NCBI GenBank assembly: GCA_025449695.1
Contig: JANWIW010000036.1
Location: 320-64,319 of the forward strand
DNA from: Minisyncoccota bacterium
GTDB taxonomy: Bacteria; Patescibacteriota; Minisyncoccia; UBA6257; 2-01-FULL-56-20
DNA length: 64,000 nt
Direction: 5' to 3'
Under the pieces are notes generated by a model, which was given only the letters and a program-made list of their open reading frames with translations, had not been told where the DNA came from and did not search any database. Below are positions 8,643-17,921 of this stretch, in pieces. Made by a program: the position numbers and the translations under genes. Every line of letters starts with the position of its first letter. The first letter of the stretch is position 1.

Positions 8643-9343
8643 ATTTGAACCTGGCTTTTCAAACCGTCGATCCATCCCATGATGCGATGGTATAAAGACG
8701 TATCCGCAATTCTAATCTGAATCACCCCATAGGGCAAGCGATGAAATGGACGCTTTCTCCGGCTGGAGATGCTCACTCCTCGGTAAGTTTTCTCAAAATT
8801 CTGCAAGGGGATGCCAATCGCATTACTCCAAAATCCCTTGGCTTCTATCTCGTTGATGTGATCAAAGATACGCAGGCTCGCCTTTATCTTGTGCCTGGGA
8901 ACGCCGCAGGCATTTTCCAAAAAAATAACAAATGCCTTTGCTAGCATGGGATCGGAGTTGGTAAGACTTACCGGATGGAATGTGACCTCTTTCCCCTTCC
9001 TGATTATCGGACGCTTATATCCTTCCGCCCAGTATAACGCGGCGCCCAGTATGACCAGCTCCCAGGGAAGTAGTTGGCCAATTTCATGCGATGCTTTATT
9101 ACGGGTCGTACGAGCACGCTCAACTGCCAGTTTCGTCTGATTCCTATTGCGCTTTAATAATCCTTCTAAGGATCTACCTCTTGTCCTCTGCAAAATCCTT
9201 GTGCGCGCTGCCTCAGAAATGAGCACTCCGCTTAACCACGCAGATAGTGTCCCTTTGGAAATGGTTGGCATCGCCTGCTGTATTTCCGAATAACTTTTCC
9301 CTTGCAGTCGCAACCTAATTGCTACGTTTTTATCTGTCCTCAT
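8633..9343 (-). CDS. LAGLIDADG-type homing endonuclease-like protein with N-terminal HTH
   Basis: ILGAALYWAEGYK block resembles the single LAGLIDADG motif. N-terminal AIRLRLQGKSYSEIQQAM looks like a sigma-region-4-type HTH. The stop codon lies at tRNA nt 8-10 of the intron-containing tRNA. Confidence 0.5.
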   Translation of the reverse strand: MRTDKNVAIRLRLQGKSYSEIQQAMPTISKGTLSAWLSGVLISEAARTRILQRTRGRSLEGLLKRNRNQTKLAVERARTTRNKASHEIGQLLPWELVILGAALYWAEGYKRPIIRKGKEVTFHPVSLTNSDPMLAKAFVIFLENACGVPRHKIKASLRIFDHINEIEAKGFWSNAIGIPLQNFEKTYRGVSISSRRKRPFHRLPYGVIQIRIADTSLYHRIMGWIDGLKSQVQMPR

Positions 9344-9428
9344 GTTTAAAGCCTAGCGCACCAAGTTCAAGAAAGGATCAAGGTCGCTTTGCCAGATGGG
9401 AAGATTTTGGCGTAAAATCAACGCGATC

Positions 9429-9500
9429 GCCCCCGTAGTTCAATGGATAGAACTCCAGACTTCTAAGCTGGCTATGTAGGTTCGATTCCTACCGGGGGTA
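9429..9500 (+). tRNA. tRNA-Arg(TCT)
   Basis: Cloverleaf read directly: acceptor GCCCCCG/CGGGGGT, D-arm GTTC-AATGGATA-GAAC, anticodon loop CTTCTAA, T-arm GTAGG-TTCGATT-CCTAC, discriminator A. Confidence 0.85.
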
Positions 9501-9501
9501 C

Positions 9502-9572
9502 CGGGCCGTCGTATACCGGTAGTACGCCTGCTTTGGGAGCAGGTAGACTGGGTTCAATTCCCAGCGGCCCGA
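9502..9572 (+). tRNA. tRNA-Pro(TGG)
   Basis: Acceptor CGGGCCG/CGGCCCG, anticodon stem CCTGC/GCAGG, loop TTTGGGA (G37), T-arm CTGGG-TTCAATT-CCCAG. Starts 2 nt after tRNA-Arg. Confidence 0.85.
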
Positions 9573-9947
9573 CACCTGAAGACAACATCTCCAATGTCCG
9601 TGTTCTGCATGAGCCCTTCTGCCACAAGGGTTTTTTGTGATCGCGGCAAAAGTGGGCAGGAGTGACACCTTCTTGGCAGTTTAGCTTGACGGAACGGGCA
9701 TGAAGGGTAAGCTAATGGAGCTTCTGCGATGCTTGGTACCGGCATCGCCTATCGCTCGCGGCGGACTCCATCTGGCAGAGCTTAGTGCTCGGCTGCAGCG
9801 CGGGTCGGCAGTGATTCGTGGAGAAGCGGGGGTTGGTCCACGCCTTAGAGAGGGCGTGGCGCCCCTCTCTCGGCTTCACCGCCAAAGGTGCCCCATGCTG
9901 CCCCAGGCTTCCATGTCCTGGGGCTTCTTCTTTTTATAGAGTATCGG

Positions 9948-9977
9948 TTTACTGTTTACTGTTTACTGTTTACTATA
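9948..9977 (+). repeat. tandem heptamer array (TACTGTT x4) in the 5' leader of the dCMP deaminase gene
   Basis: actgtttactgtttactgtttactatatcc, 5 nt before the ATG at 9983. Confidence 0.85.
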
Positions 9978-9982
9978 TCCCC

Positions 9983-10519
9983 ATGAGTGAGGAAAGGATC
10001 CACTACCGGCCAAGCTGGGATGATTATTTCATGGCGGTCGTGAAGATAGTCGCCGCCCGCGGCAACTGCGACCGGCTCTATAGCGGCGCGGTGCTCGTGA
10101 AAAATAATCGCATCATAGCGACCGGCTACAACGGCGCCCCGGCGGGCCTCCCCACCTGCGACAAGGTAGGACACCTCCTCGAGGACGGACACTGCGTGCG
10201 CACCGTGCACGGCGAGCATAACGCCCTGCTCCAGACGGCGCGCATCTCCGGCCCCACCGCGGACGGCGCCACTCTTTATACCAAGTACAGTCCCTGCATC
10301 CACTGCGCCAAGTACATCGTCGCTGCGGGGGTCCACCGCATCGTGATGGGAAAGGTGTACCGCAATCCGCAAGCGATGGACATGCTGAAGGAAGCGGGCA
10401 TCACCGTCACCGTCTATAAGGAGGACCAGGAATGGCAGAAGGAACTTCTCGCGATCTTCGCGGAGGAGATCCCCGAGCGGGAGAACGAGGGAGTGATCAC
10501 TCTGGAAACCTCCCTCTGA
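9983..10519 (+). CDS. dCMP deaminase (cytidine/deoxycytidylate deaminase zinc-binding family)
   Basis: H-G-E-H-N-A zinc-binding and catalytic Glu motif (VHGEHNALLQ) plus SPCIHCAKYI (PCxxC). Start at MSEERIHYRP. The upstream part of the listed ORF 9818.. is repeat and leader sequence. Confidence 0.85.
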   Translation: MSEERIHYRPSWDDYFMAVVKIVAARGNCDRLYSGAVLVKNNRIIATGYNGAPAGLPTCDKVGHLLEDGHCVRTVHGEHNALLQTARISGPTADGATLYTKYSPCIHCAKYIVAAGVHRIVMGKVYRNPQAMDMLKEAGITVTVYKEDQEWQKELLAIFAEEIPERENEGVITLETSL

Positions 10520-10524
10520 CACAC

Positions 10525-10956
10525 ATGAAAATAAAAATTATCCGCGTGGATAAGTCGCTGCCTCTGCCGGAATACAAGACCGCCGGCGCGGTTGCGTTCG
10601 ATCTGTACTCCCGGGAGAAGGCCACTATCCCGGCGGGTGCCATCGTGGTCCTGCCCTCCAACTTCATCATCCAGGTGCCGGAAGGCTACGCGCTCATGCT
10701 GGCCTCGCGCAGCAGCACGATGAAGAAGGGCCTCTTCATGGTGAACGGGGTAGGCATCATTGATCAGGATTTCCACGGCCCCGAGGACGAGTTCAAACTG
10801 CCCATGCAGAACTTCACCAATCTGCCGGTGACCGTGGAGCGTGGCGAGCGCATCGGTCAGGGAATCATCCTCCCCATCATCAAGCCGGAATGGGAGGAAG
10901 TAGAGAAGATCAAGGACGAATCGCGCGGCGGCTTTGGCACGACGGGCGATCTCTGA
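10525..10956 (+). CDS. dut: dUTP diphosphatase
   Basis: MKIKIIRVDKSLPLPEYKTAGAVAFDLYS ... GFGTTG: dUTPase motifs 1-5. Begins 6 nt after the deaminase stop, so the two form an operon. Confidence 0.9.
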   Translation: MKIKIIRVDKSLPLPEYKTAGAVAFDLYSREKATIPAGAIVVLPSNFIIQVPEGYALMLASRSSTMKKGLFMVNGVGIIDQDFHGPEDEFKLPMQNFTNLPVTVERGERIGQGIILPIIKPEWEEVEKIKDESRGGFGTTGDL

Positions 10957-11079
10957 CACCCCGGTTGACCGGAGGCGTTTGACGTGCTTTCATTTTGCGG
11001 CACGTTGAAAGAAGGTGGACAGGTCCCTGGATATCAGAGGTATCCAGCGCGCTGTCCATCTGCAAAAGGAGGTCGGATC

Positions 11080-11310
11080 ATGAGAATGATCGACAGAGCC
11101 ATGATCGTTACCGTGCTCGTGGGACTCGGCTTGTCCTGGGTAGGCGTGGTGAGTTTCGTCCTGAACGTCTACAGCCGGAATCCCGTCGCTGGGCCAGTGC
11201 TGCTGGTCGTGATCGGGATCGTCGTGATGATCGTACCGGTCATCATCGGCTGCTCGCCGTGGTTCCAGGGCATGATCAAACGGGAAAAGGTTCGGACGTT
11301 ACGAACCTGA
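11080..11310 (+). CDS. small membrane protein (76 aa), hypothetical
   Basis: AAAGGAGG SD 6 nt before the ATG. Two TM helices. Confidence 0.4.
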   Translation: MRMIDRAMIVTVLVGLGLSWVGVVSFVLNVYSRNPVAGPVLLVVIGIVVMIVPVIIGCSPWFQGMIKREKVRTLRT

Positions 11311-11403
11311 AAGAAATTCCGGGATGAGTACATCCGCCCGGGCAGATATCTGCCTGCGGCGGATTTCTGTTTCCGGCAGAACAACAAAGAGCTTCACGCG
11401 CCT

Positions 11404-12282
11404 TCAGCCGGTGATCCAGGCGAGCGCGATGATCCCCAGCGCGACGAAGGCCGCCGCGATCTTCTGGTGCGGCTTTAAGCGCTCGTGGGAAACGAATAAC
11501 CCCAAAATAATGGCGATGATGATGTAGCTTTCGCCTATGGCCGTCGCGATGGCTATGGAGATGCGCGTCGAAGCCAGAGCGAACGCGATCCATCCGCAAG
11601 TCGCCAATGCGCCCACGGCAAAGAGCGTGCGAGGGGCCGCAACGAGGTCGCGTCGGAGCATCTTGCCCTCTCCACGCCAGAAGATAATCGCGAGCATGAT
11701 GAGTCCCTGGAGCGTCCAGACGAACCATACCGTAAAGAGCGCTCCGGCCTTCTGTGCTGATGCTCCTATGAGCAAAGAGACTATGGCGTTGCAGAGGGCT
11801 GCGGTGGTCGCGAACAGCATGCCCTTCTCGAACAACCGCTTGTGATAGTGGAGTTGGGCATGATGGCTCGTGGCGGCCAATGCGGTGCCCACGAATATCA
11901 ACGCGATGAGCGCCCAAGCGGCGAAGGTGAGCGATTCGCCCCAGAGCGCCACGGCAAGGATGGCGGCGATCGGCAATTCCGCGCTCGCGATCGGCTCCAT
12001 AACCGCAAGTTTCCCCTCCTTGAGTGCCTCCACATAGAAAAGGCTGGCGATGGTCATGGCGATGGTGGCGCCCAAGAGAAGAAATACGTTCCTCGGGACT
12101 GCGAGCATGGCGAAACCTTGCCCGATGAAGGGCGCGAGGACGATACTGCCTACAACACATATGAAAAAGGTGGGCCGCCAGATGCCGAACTTCCGGGAAG
12201 CCCTTTGGAGCAGGAAGTCCCCGAAGCCCCAGCCGAGCATGGCTCCGAAGGCCCAGAGCACCCCGATTGATTGCGGCGACAT
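11404..12282 (-). CDS. EamA/DMT-superfamily transporter (10 TM)
   Basis: Two EamA-like halves, each with about 5 TM helices. 292 aa, hydrophobic throughout. Confidence 0.8.
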   Translation of the reverse strand: MSPQSIGVLWAFGAMLGWGFGDFLLQRASRKFGIWRPTFFICVVGSIVLAPFIGQGFAMLAVPRNVFLLLGATIAMTIASLFYVEALKEGKLAVMEPIASAELPIAAILAVALWGESLTFAAWALIALIFVGTALAATSHHAQLHYHKRLFEKGMLFATTAALCNAIVSLLIGASAQKAGALFTVWFVWTLQGLIMLAIIFWRGEGKMLRRDLVAAPRTLFAVGALATCGWIAFALASTRISIAIATAIGESYIIIAIILGLFVSHERLKPHQKIAAAFVALGIIALAWITG

Positions 12283-12545
12283 GCACTGATTGTACTAAGT
12301 ATCGCCCTCGCCGTTTGCAATTTTGAACAGATTCTCTACACTGCTACCGTTCGCGTCTTTGTCTAATTTGATCAGAGCGGCTCATTTATCCCCGGTTTGT
12401 ACGAACCTTTAACTCGTCACCAAACCGCAATCCCGCCTAAAGCGCGTCCTTAGCTCCGACGCCGCATAGCGGGTCGGAGCCCCGACCGAAGCGTCGGGGC
12501 CCAGTGCTTTAGATGAATTTGAGAACGGTAAGGCAGGCTTGGTAA

Positions 12546-12806
12546 GTGGCTTGGATATACATCTTACGGAGTGGAAATGGCAGGCTCTACTTGGGAAGTA
12601 CTTCCAACCTTCGACATAGACTACTGCACCACATGGGCGGACATACCCCCAGCACAAAGAGGCTGGGCAAGGTCGAGCTTGTATTCTCACAACAATTCTC
12701 TACACTAGCAGAAGCGAGAAAAGTCGAACGCCGCCTTAAGATGCTCAAAAGAAAAGATTACCTGGAAAAGATAATACGAGACGGAGAAGTGAAGATGCGT
12801 CCTTAG
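12546..12806 (+). CDS. GIY-YIG nuclease family protein (YhbQ/UPF0213-like)
   Basis: WIYILRS..GRLYLGSTSNLRHRLLHH matches the GIY-YIG module of small YhbQ-type proteins. The last codons overlap the 5' end of tRNA-Val. Confidence 0.7.
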   Translation: MAWIYILRSGNGRLYLGSTSNLRHRLLHHMGGHTPSTKRLGKVELVFSQQFSTLAEARKVERRLKMLKRKDYLEKIIRDGEVKMRP

Positions 12807-12870
12807 CTCAGCTGGTTAGAGCGACTCGTTTACACCGAGTAGGTCGCAGGTTCGAGTCCTGCAGGACGCA
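12797..12870 (+). tRNA. tRNA-Val(TAC)
   Basis: GCGTCCT acceptor, GCTC-AGCTGGTTA-GAGC D-arm, anticodon loop TTTACAC, GCAGG-TTCGAGT-CCTGC T-arm, discriminator A. Confidence 0.85.
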
Positions 12871-13039
12871 CTAGACATAGCGATTGACGCAGAACTCTTA
12901 AGAAGTTCACCCATAATATCTTGAGGTAGCTTGAGTTTTATATGTATTCGGTCAGGGACGGGCGTGCACATTGTTTTTGGCATGTAAATGACAGCCCGCT
13001 CGACGGCAGGCCGTCAGAGCGGGTGTTTCTGTTCTCGCG

Positions 13040-13771
13040 TTACGCGGAGGCGAGGGTGGCGTGGAAACCTTGGAGCTGACCTGCCCACGCATCGAGCACC
13101 TTCGCCTGGGCCAATGCGGAGAAGTAGAGCACTTCTCCAGGCTGCCGGCGGGTATCGTAAGGGGCTGGATCGAACGGGCTCATGGTGTTGCGTGCGAGAT
13201 GCTTGAGGCGGTCGTTTCCCGCAGCGAACTGATCGAAGAGCTCATAAATCCGGAGAACGCCCCCGAGTCCGAGCTCCGTCCAAGTAACCCTGACGTGCCC
13301 GTGGTCTTCGACGATCTTGCGCACGATCTCCGGGGCGTCAGGGTGCAACTTCACGAGCGAGCGAAACATCTGCAGGTTGGCAGGAGATTCGCTAGCCGGT
13401 GAGAAGAATGTGCCGTGCGCGAGAGGAACCACGCCGATGCCCTGGCCTTTGGGATCCAGACTGAACCCCACGCACAATTGCATGACGAGATCGTCCGGCG
13501 GTCTTTCGTCGCGGCTTCTGAACCGGTAATTCCAGTAACCCTTGTGGGCGGCGATGGTGAGAACCCCGTCATCACGGAACTCGTGCTCGAAGCCCTGCGT
13601 CGATAGGAACTTCAGCGTTGCATCGTCGATGGGGTAGCTCACAATCGTTTCGGAGTGAGCCCTCTTGCCCCCTTCGTGATAGATCACGCCCACATGATCC
13701 GCCGCTTTGCGGATGAGATCGAGTAACGTGAAGCTATCTTGTCCAGCTTCGAGAATAAGTGGTCCTGACAT
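13040..13771 (-). CDS. hypothetical protein (243 aa)
   Basis: Long GC-rich ORF with a downstream hairpin (12985..13022). No recognisable motif. Confidence 0.45.
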   Translation of the reverse strand: MSGPLILEAGQDSFTLLDLIRKAADHVGVIYHEGGKRAHSETIVSYPIDDATLKFLSTQGFEHEFRDDGVLTIAAHKGYWNYRFRSRDERPPDDLVMQLCVGFSLDPKGQGIGVVPLAHGTFFSPASESPANLQMFRSLVKLHPDAPEIVRKIVEDHGHVRVTWTELGLGGVLRIYELFDQFAAGNDRLKHLARNTMSPFDPAPYDTRRQPGEVLYFSALAQAKVLDAWAGQLQGFHATLASA

Positions 13772-13896
13772 TCTGTGCCTCCTGACTTTTACCTCTTTTT
13801 CTACTTTGCAAAGTATTCTATAACTCCATCTCTGTCAATGCTCAATGTTTTTTCAAAGAAGTTCCCATAACGTCTCCCCCTCACGCGTACCAATGG

Positions 13897-13924
13897 AAAA
13901 GCGGCCGACTTGTCGGCCGCTTTC
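13897..13924 (-). terminator. intrinsic terminator hairpin
   Basis: AAAAGCGGCCGAC-TTGT-CGGCCGCTTTC, downstream of the gene ending at 13961. Confidence 0.5.
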
Positions 13925-13960
13925 ATGTGCGCGTTATCCTGCGAAGACGCGGAAATCGGA

Positions 13961-14347
13961 TTAGCATCGCCCCGGCCAGCGCAGCACGCTGTAAAGCTGG
14001 ACTTGCTCGGAGGCGCGGCGCCAAAGAATCATGTAGACCGGCACGGCGGCGGCAAGCATCGTCCACTTGATCCACGCGAGCGGCACCGCGAACGCCGCGG
14101 CGCCAAGCGCGATGGCGACGAGGCCGAGCACGCCCATGGTCGCGAGCTCTTTCGCGGCTCCGTAACAGCCGACGCAGGGACACTGCCGGACGGCGCGGCG
14201 TGCGCTGATAACGGCCCGCAGCGGCCAGCCAATCGCGGAGAAAAGAATTTCCAACAAACGCACGATTCCCACTCGGCACCTCCCCTTTTTTGATGCGGAT
14301 AGCGTTCTGAGCGAGGCGCCCATTTCGCTACCTACACGACATTGCAA
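13961..14347 (-). CDS. small membrane protein, possibly DUF2752-like
   Basis: Hydrophobic C-terminal half and a CPCVGC motif reminiscent of the CPxCG signature. Start codon uncertain. Confidence 0.3.
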   Translation of the reverse strand: MQCRVGSEMGASLRTLSASKKGRCRVGIVRLLEILFSAIGWPLRAVISARRAVRQCPCVGCYGAAKELATMGVLGLVAIALGAAAFAVPLAWIKWTMLAAAVPVYMILWRRASEQVQLYSVLRWPGRC

Positions 14348-14407
14348 CGTGCAGTTTACCTTTGTATGCCATGCCGGCCTCGCGAAGTCAACACGGCGCG
14401 AGCCAGC

Positions 14408-15511
14408 TCACGCTATGGCGAACACGCTCGGATGCTCCACGAGGAGCTCGTGGCCCATCTCCGTCACGAGCACCATGTCTTCGATGCGGATCCCGCCGTG
14501 CTCCGGATAGTAGAGGCCGGGTTCCACGGTGATGATGTGTCCCGGCTGGAGCGTGTCCGTGGACCGCTCTCCCACGCTTGGCGCCTCGTGAACCTCCAGG
14601 CCCACGCCATGGCCCGTGGAATGAGTGAATCCCTTGTCGCCAGTGTCGAACCCGCCCTCTCCAAGCTCGTGCCGCACGATGCCGTCGATTTCCCTGGCTG
14701 CGGCGCCGGGACGGACCGCCTTCATAGCACGTGCCTGCGCCTCCTTCACCGCGTCGAACATCGCCTGGAGCCGCGGGGATGGCGCGCCCTTCACGTATGT
14801 GCGGGTCAGGTCGGCGAAGTAGCCGGTCCGGCGGTCCAGCGGGAAAAGGTCGCACACGATGGACTCACCCGCCCGGATCCGCCCTTCGCCTTTATGATGG
14901 GGGATGGCGGCGTGCGGTCCCGAAGAGATAATCATCCCTTCAACGTCAGCGACACCGGCGCGCACGAAGGCTATCTCTACCTCTTCCTTCAGCCACTCCG
15001 AGGTGAGCGGCGCGCCCTGCCATGTGACCAGGCCGTCCTCGATCCCGGCTTCCCCCAATATCTTCTCGATACGCTCGAAGCCCTTCACGGTGCATGCGGC
15101 GGTATGCCGCATCGCGTCGATCTCTTCGTCCGTCTTCACCGCGCGCTCGGGAAAGAAAGGATGGCGGACGTCCACCACGAACCCGTGCAGGCGCAAATGG
15201 TCCGCCATGTCGAGCGGGAAACTGCGCGGGACGGTCAGGCTCTTCTCTCCCGGCGCGAACCGGGCAAGGAGGAAAACCATGAACTCCGCGCGGGTCCGCA
15301 CTCCTTCCGCGCGGGCGATATCGAGCAAGGTGGTAATGAGCACGGTCTCGAAGCCTGTTTTCCCAGCGTTCACCACGCCCATTTCCCGATGGTCCAGGAA
15401 AAGGTATTCCTTATCTCCCGCCCGGATCCATGGCACCGGGTCGGAAACCTCCGCTTTGATCTTCCAGCGCAGGTCTGCGTTCTTGGTCGAGTCGTAGATG
15501 AGATCAGCCAT
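14408..15511 (-). CDS. M24 family metallopeptidase (Xaa-Pro aminopeptidase/dipeptidase-like)
   Basis: Pita-bread fold metal ligands: HSTGHGVGLEVHE, ...GHIITVEPGLYYPEHGGIRIEDMVLVTE. Confidence 0.9.
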   Translation of the reverse strand: MADLIYDSTKNADLRWKIKAEVSDPVPWIRAGDKEYLFLDHREMGVVNAGKTGFETVLITTLLDIARAEGVRTRAEFMVFLLARFAPGEKSLTVPRSFPLDMADHLRLHGFVVDVRHPFFPERAVKTDEEIDAMRHTAACTVKGFERIEKILGEAGIEDGLVTWQGAPLTSEWLKEEVEIAFVRAGVADVEGMIISSGPHAAIPHHKGEGRIRAGESIVCDLFPLDRRTGYFADLTRTYVKGAPSPRLQAMFDAVKEAQARAMKAVRPGAAAREIDGIVRHELGEGGFDTGDKGFTHSTGHGVGLEVHEAPSVGERSTDTLQPGHIITVEPGLYYPEHGGIRIEDMVLVTEMGHELLVEHPSVFAIA

Positions 15512-15566
15512 GTATGCATTATAAACGACTGCGCCGGCCCTAGCGGGGTCCGGCGCGATGGTGAAG

Positions 15567-15785
15567 CTAAGCGGCTATGGTGATAAGCAACAGGATGAGG
15601 GCAAGTGTCCCCGCCCCGACGATCCTGATCCCCTGCCACTGAAGGGCGCTGAGGGCCCTGCTCTGATCCACCTTCTTCCCCATGCCGGGGAAGTTGCGGA
15701 CACGCGAACAGACCATGATGCCCTCCACGATGCTCCAAACGATACAGCCGACAGCGACACAACTTACGACCATGTCCCAGCGCAT
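15567..15785 (-). CDS. small membrane protein (72 aa), hypothetical
   Basis: GGAGGA SD 7 nt upstream. Two hydrophobic segments. Confidence 0.4.
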   Translation of the reverse strand: MRWDMVVSCVAVGCIVWSIVEGIMVCSRVRNFPGMGKKVDQSRALSALQWQGIRIVGAGTLALILLLITIAA

Positions 15786-15958
15786 AGGCTGTCCTCCTGG
15801 TGGCCAATATACGTAGATTGTGCAATTTGGTCAATATCGGGCCCGAACGGCATGCGATTGACTATTTCTTTATTTAAATGTATAATACAAGCGGCAAGTC
15901 TGATCGGAATATCTCTGGTTTCCGAAAGGATTTGACTATCAATTATAGGAGGCCATTT

Positions 15959-16234
15959 ATGGCCATGTCAGAAGAGCGGCAACATGCGGTCAAGTCTGCC
16001 CTGCTCAAATCTCTCATCGTGCGGGTGGGAGTGGAAGTCCGTTCGGCGGAGGATTTCCGCAGGTCGCTGAGGAGGGAATTCGGAAACGACGTCCAGCTCA
16101 AGAAGGCGGACGTTACCGAGGAAGAGATCCTCGAGGTGGCGGGTCGGATCCTCCCTGACCTCATCGGCGACATGCTCGACTTCTCGAAGCTGCCGAAACG
16201 CGAACGTGGCGGGCACGATGGCGGCGGTCACTGA
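15959..16234 (+). CDS. hypothetical protein (91 aa)
   Basis: AGGAGG SD before the ATG at 15959. A TATAAT-like box lies upstream. Followed by the hairpin at 16347..16374. Confidence 0.45.
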   Translation: MAMSEERQHAVKSALLKSLIVRVGVEVRSAEDFRRSLRREFGNDVQLKKADVTEEEILEVAGRILPDLIGDMLDFSKLPKRERGGHDGGGH

Positions 16235-16346
16235 CAAGCAGTAAAACGGGCAAGGTTGACGCGCAAGCGCGTCGGTAAAAGGGTAATTGTCTTCTCGTCC
16301 TACGGACCAGAAACAGGATAAGAACCTCCCCTCCCCGTTCATTCCT

Positions 16347-16374
16347 CGATGCCGCGCGTACAACCGCGCGGCAT
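16347..16374. terminator. bidirectional terminator hairpin between convergent genes
   Basis: GATGCCGCGCG-TACAA-CCGCGCGGCATC. Confidence 0.6.
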
Positions 16375-16380
16375 CCTTCG

Positions 16381-17706
16381 TTATGCTATGCCGGGCACCG
16401 GGAATCTCGCGGTGATCCCCGCGACCTCCGCGCGCACTTCTTTGACCACGCTATTACCTGCAAGCGTTTCCACGAAATCCTTCACCGCCTGGGGACGGGC
16501 CGATTTTTCTTCGGGTAGCTCCGTCGCGCTGAACTCCTTCACTATTTTCGCGATGAGCGTGCCTATGTGCGTCATTTCCGCTTCCTTCATGCCCCGCGTC
16601 GTGAGCGCAGGCGTGCCGAGGCGGACGCCGGATGGATAGAAGGGCGAGGAGGATTCGTTCGGCACCGTGTTCTTGTTCGCGGTGATATGCGCCGCGTCCA
16701 GGGCTTTTTCCAAAAAAACTCCGAGGCCTGGGCGGAAGGGCGTGAGGTCGAGGAGGAGCAGATGGTTCTCGCTGCCGCCCGCGACGAGGCGCAGGCCTTC
16801 CGCCTGGAGCGAGGTCGCGAGCGCCTGCGAGTTCTTCACGATCTGGGCCGCGTATTCCTTGAAGGCGGGGGTTGCGGCCTCTTTCAGCGCCGCGGCGATG
16901 CCGGCGATGGCGTGCTCATGAGGGCCGCCCTGCATGCCGGGAAAGACCGCCTTGTCTATAGCGTCGCCGTACTCTTCTTTAGAGAATATCATCGCCGCGC
17001 GCGGCCCCCGGAGGGTTTTGTGGGTGGTGGTGGTCACGACGTCCGTGAACGGGAAGGGTGAAGGATGCTGGCCGCCGGCGATAAGCCCCGTGATGTGCGA
17101 CGTGTCCGCCATGGAGATCGCGCCGGCCTCTTTGGCGATGTCGTGCATCTTCTTGAAGTCTATGATGTGCGAGTACGCGGTGTAGCCGGAGAGGATCAGC
17201 TTCGGCTTGTGCTCGCGCGCGAGCGACGCGATCGCGTCGTAATCGAGCAGCTCCGTCTTCGGGTCGAGCGCGTAGAACACGAACTTGTACGCCTTGCCGG
17301 AAAGGTTGACAGGCAATCCATGGGTGAGATGTCCCCCAAGAGGAAGGGGCAACGACATCACCGTGTCTCCGAAGTTCAAGAGAGCGAAGTAGACGGCGAG
17401 GTTCGCGGGACTTCCGGAAAGCGGCTGGACGTTCACGCGGTAACCTTCCGCACCAAAGAGTTCCAGGGCGCGGCGCTTGCAAAGATTTTCCACCTCGTCC
17501 ACGTTCACACAACCGCCGTAGTACCGCTTGCCCGGGTACCCTTCCGCGTACTTATTGGTCAGGATCGATCCCATCGCCTCGAGCACCGCCGGGGACACGT
17601 AGTTTTCGGAAGGGATCATCTCCAGGCCGTCCTTCTGCCTCTTCTGTTCCGCGTCGAGCCATTGGTAGAGCTCGGGGTCGTTGGCTTGTAAATTTGGGTA
17701 GTTCAT
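16381..17706 (-). CDS. glyA: serine hydroxymethyltransferase
   Basis: LEMIPSENYVSPAVLEAMGSILTNKYAEGYPGKRYYGG and the PLP-lysine region THKTLRGPR. 441 aa. Confidence 0.97.
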   Translation of the reverse strand: MNYPNLQANDPELYQWLDAEQKRQKDGLEMIPSENYVSPAVLEAMGSILTNKYAEGYPGKRYYGGCVNVDEVENLCKRRALELFGAEGYRVNVQPLSGSPANLAVYFALLNFGDTVMSLPLPLGGHLTHGLPVNLSGKAYKFVFYALDPKTELLDYDAIASLAREHKPKLILSGYTAYSHIIDFKKMHDIAKEAGAISMADTSHITGLIAGGQHPSPFPFTDVVTTTTHKTLRGPRAAMIFSKEEYGDAIDKAVFPGMQGGPHEHAIAGIAAALKEAATPAFKEYAAQIVKNSQALATSLQAEGLRLVAGGSENHLLLLDLTPFRPGLGVFLEKALDAAHITANKNTVPNESSSPFYPSGVRLGTPALTTRGMKEAEMTHIGTLIAKIVKEFSATELPEEKSARPQAVKDFVETLAGNSVVKEVRAEVAGITARFPVPGIA

Positions 17707-17778
17707 AAGAATAGTTCTTAGTTCTTAAGTTTCTAGTTGAGTAGCACTACAAACTGAAAACTCGCAACTGACAACTAT
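17707..17778. repeat. tandem heptamer array in the glyA 5' leader
   Basis: agaatagttcttagttcttaagtttctagttgagtagcactacaaactgaaaactcgcaactgacaactatg (mRNA sense ...AACUUAAGAACUAAGAACUAUUCUU-AUG). Confidence 0.85.
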
Positions 17779-17921
17779 GTTTTACACCATGGCCTCCATT
17801 TTCTCGCATTTTGCCGTGTTCGGCAAACTATTGTATTTACTGCTGAGCTTGTGGGAACTCGGCGGTAAGTTATCCTGGAGAGGTTCGTCTTCACGTAGTC
17901 ATCATTTTTCATCAAACATTC

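Noticed and set aside
9818-9982. N-terminal 55 codons of listed ORF 9818..10519
   Set aside because: This stretch covers the TACTGTT repeat array and Cys/Pro-rich junk. The deaminase domain begins at the ATG at 9983, which has homologous N-terminal sequence (MSEERIHY...).
10414-10959. 181-aa minus-strand ORF and 9956..10522 minus ORF
   Set aside because: Antisense to dut and the dCMP deaminase, which have clear catalytic motifs.
11276-12286. 336-aa minus-strand ORF overlapping the EamA transporter in another frame
   Set aside because: The EamA frame gives a coherent 10-TM protein. This alternative frame is Arg/His-rich low complexity.
14342-15583. 413-aa plus-strand ORF
   Set aside because: Antisense to the M24 peptidase gene, which has convincing metal-ligand motifs.
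16567-17691. Plus-strand ORFs 164-208 aa inside the glyA region
   Set aside because: Antisense to serine hydroxymethyltransferase.
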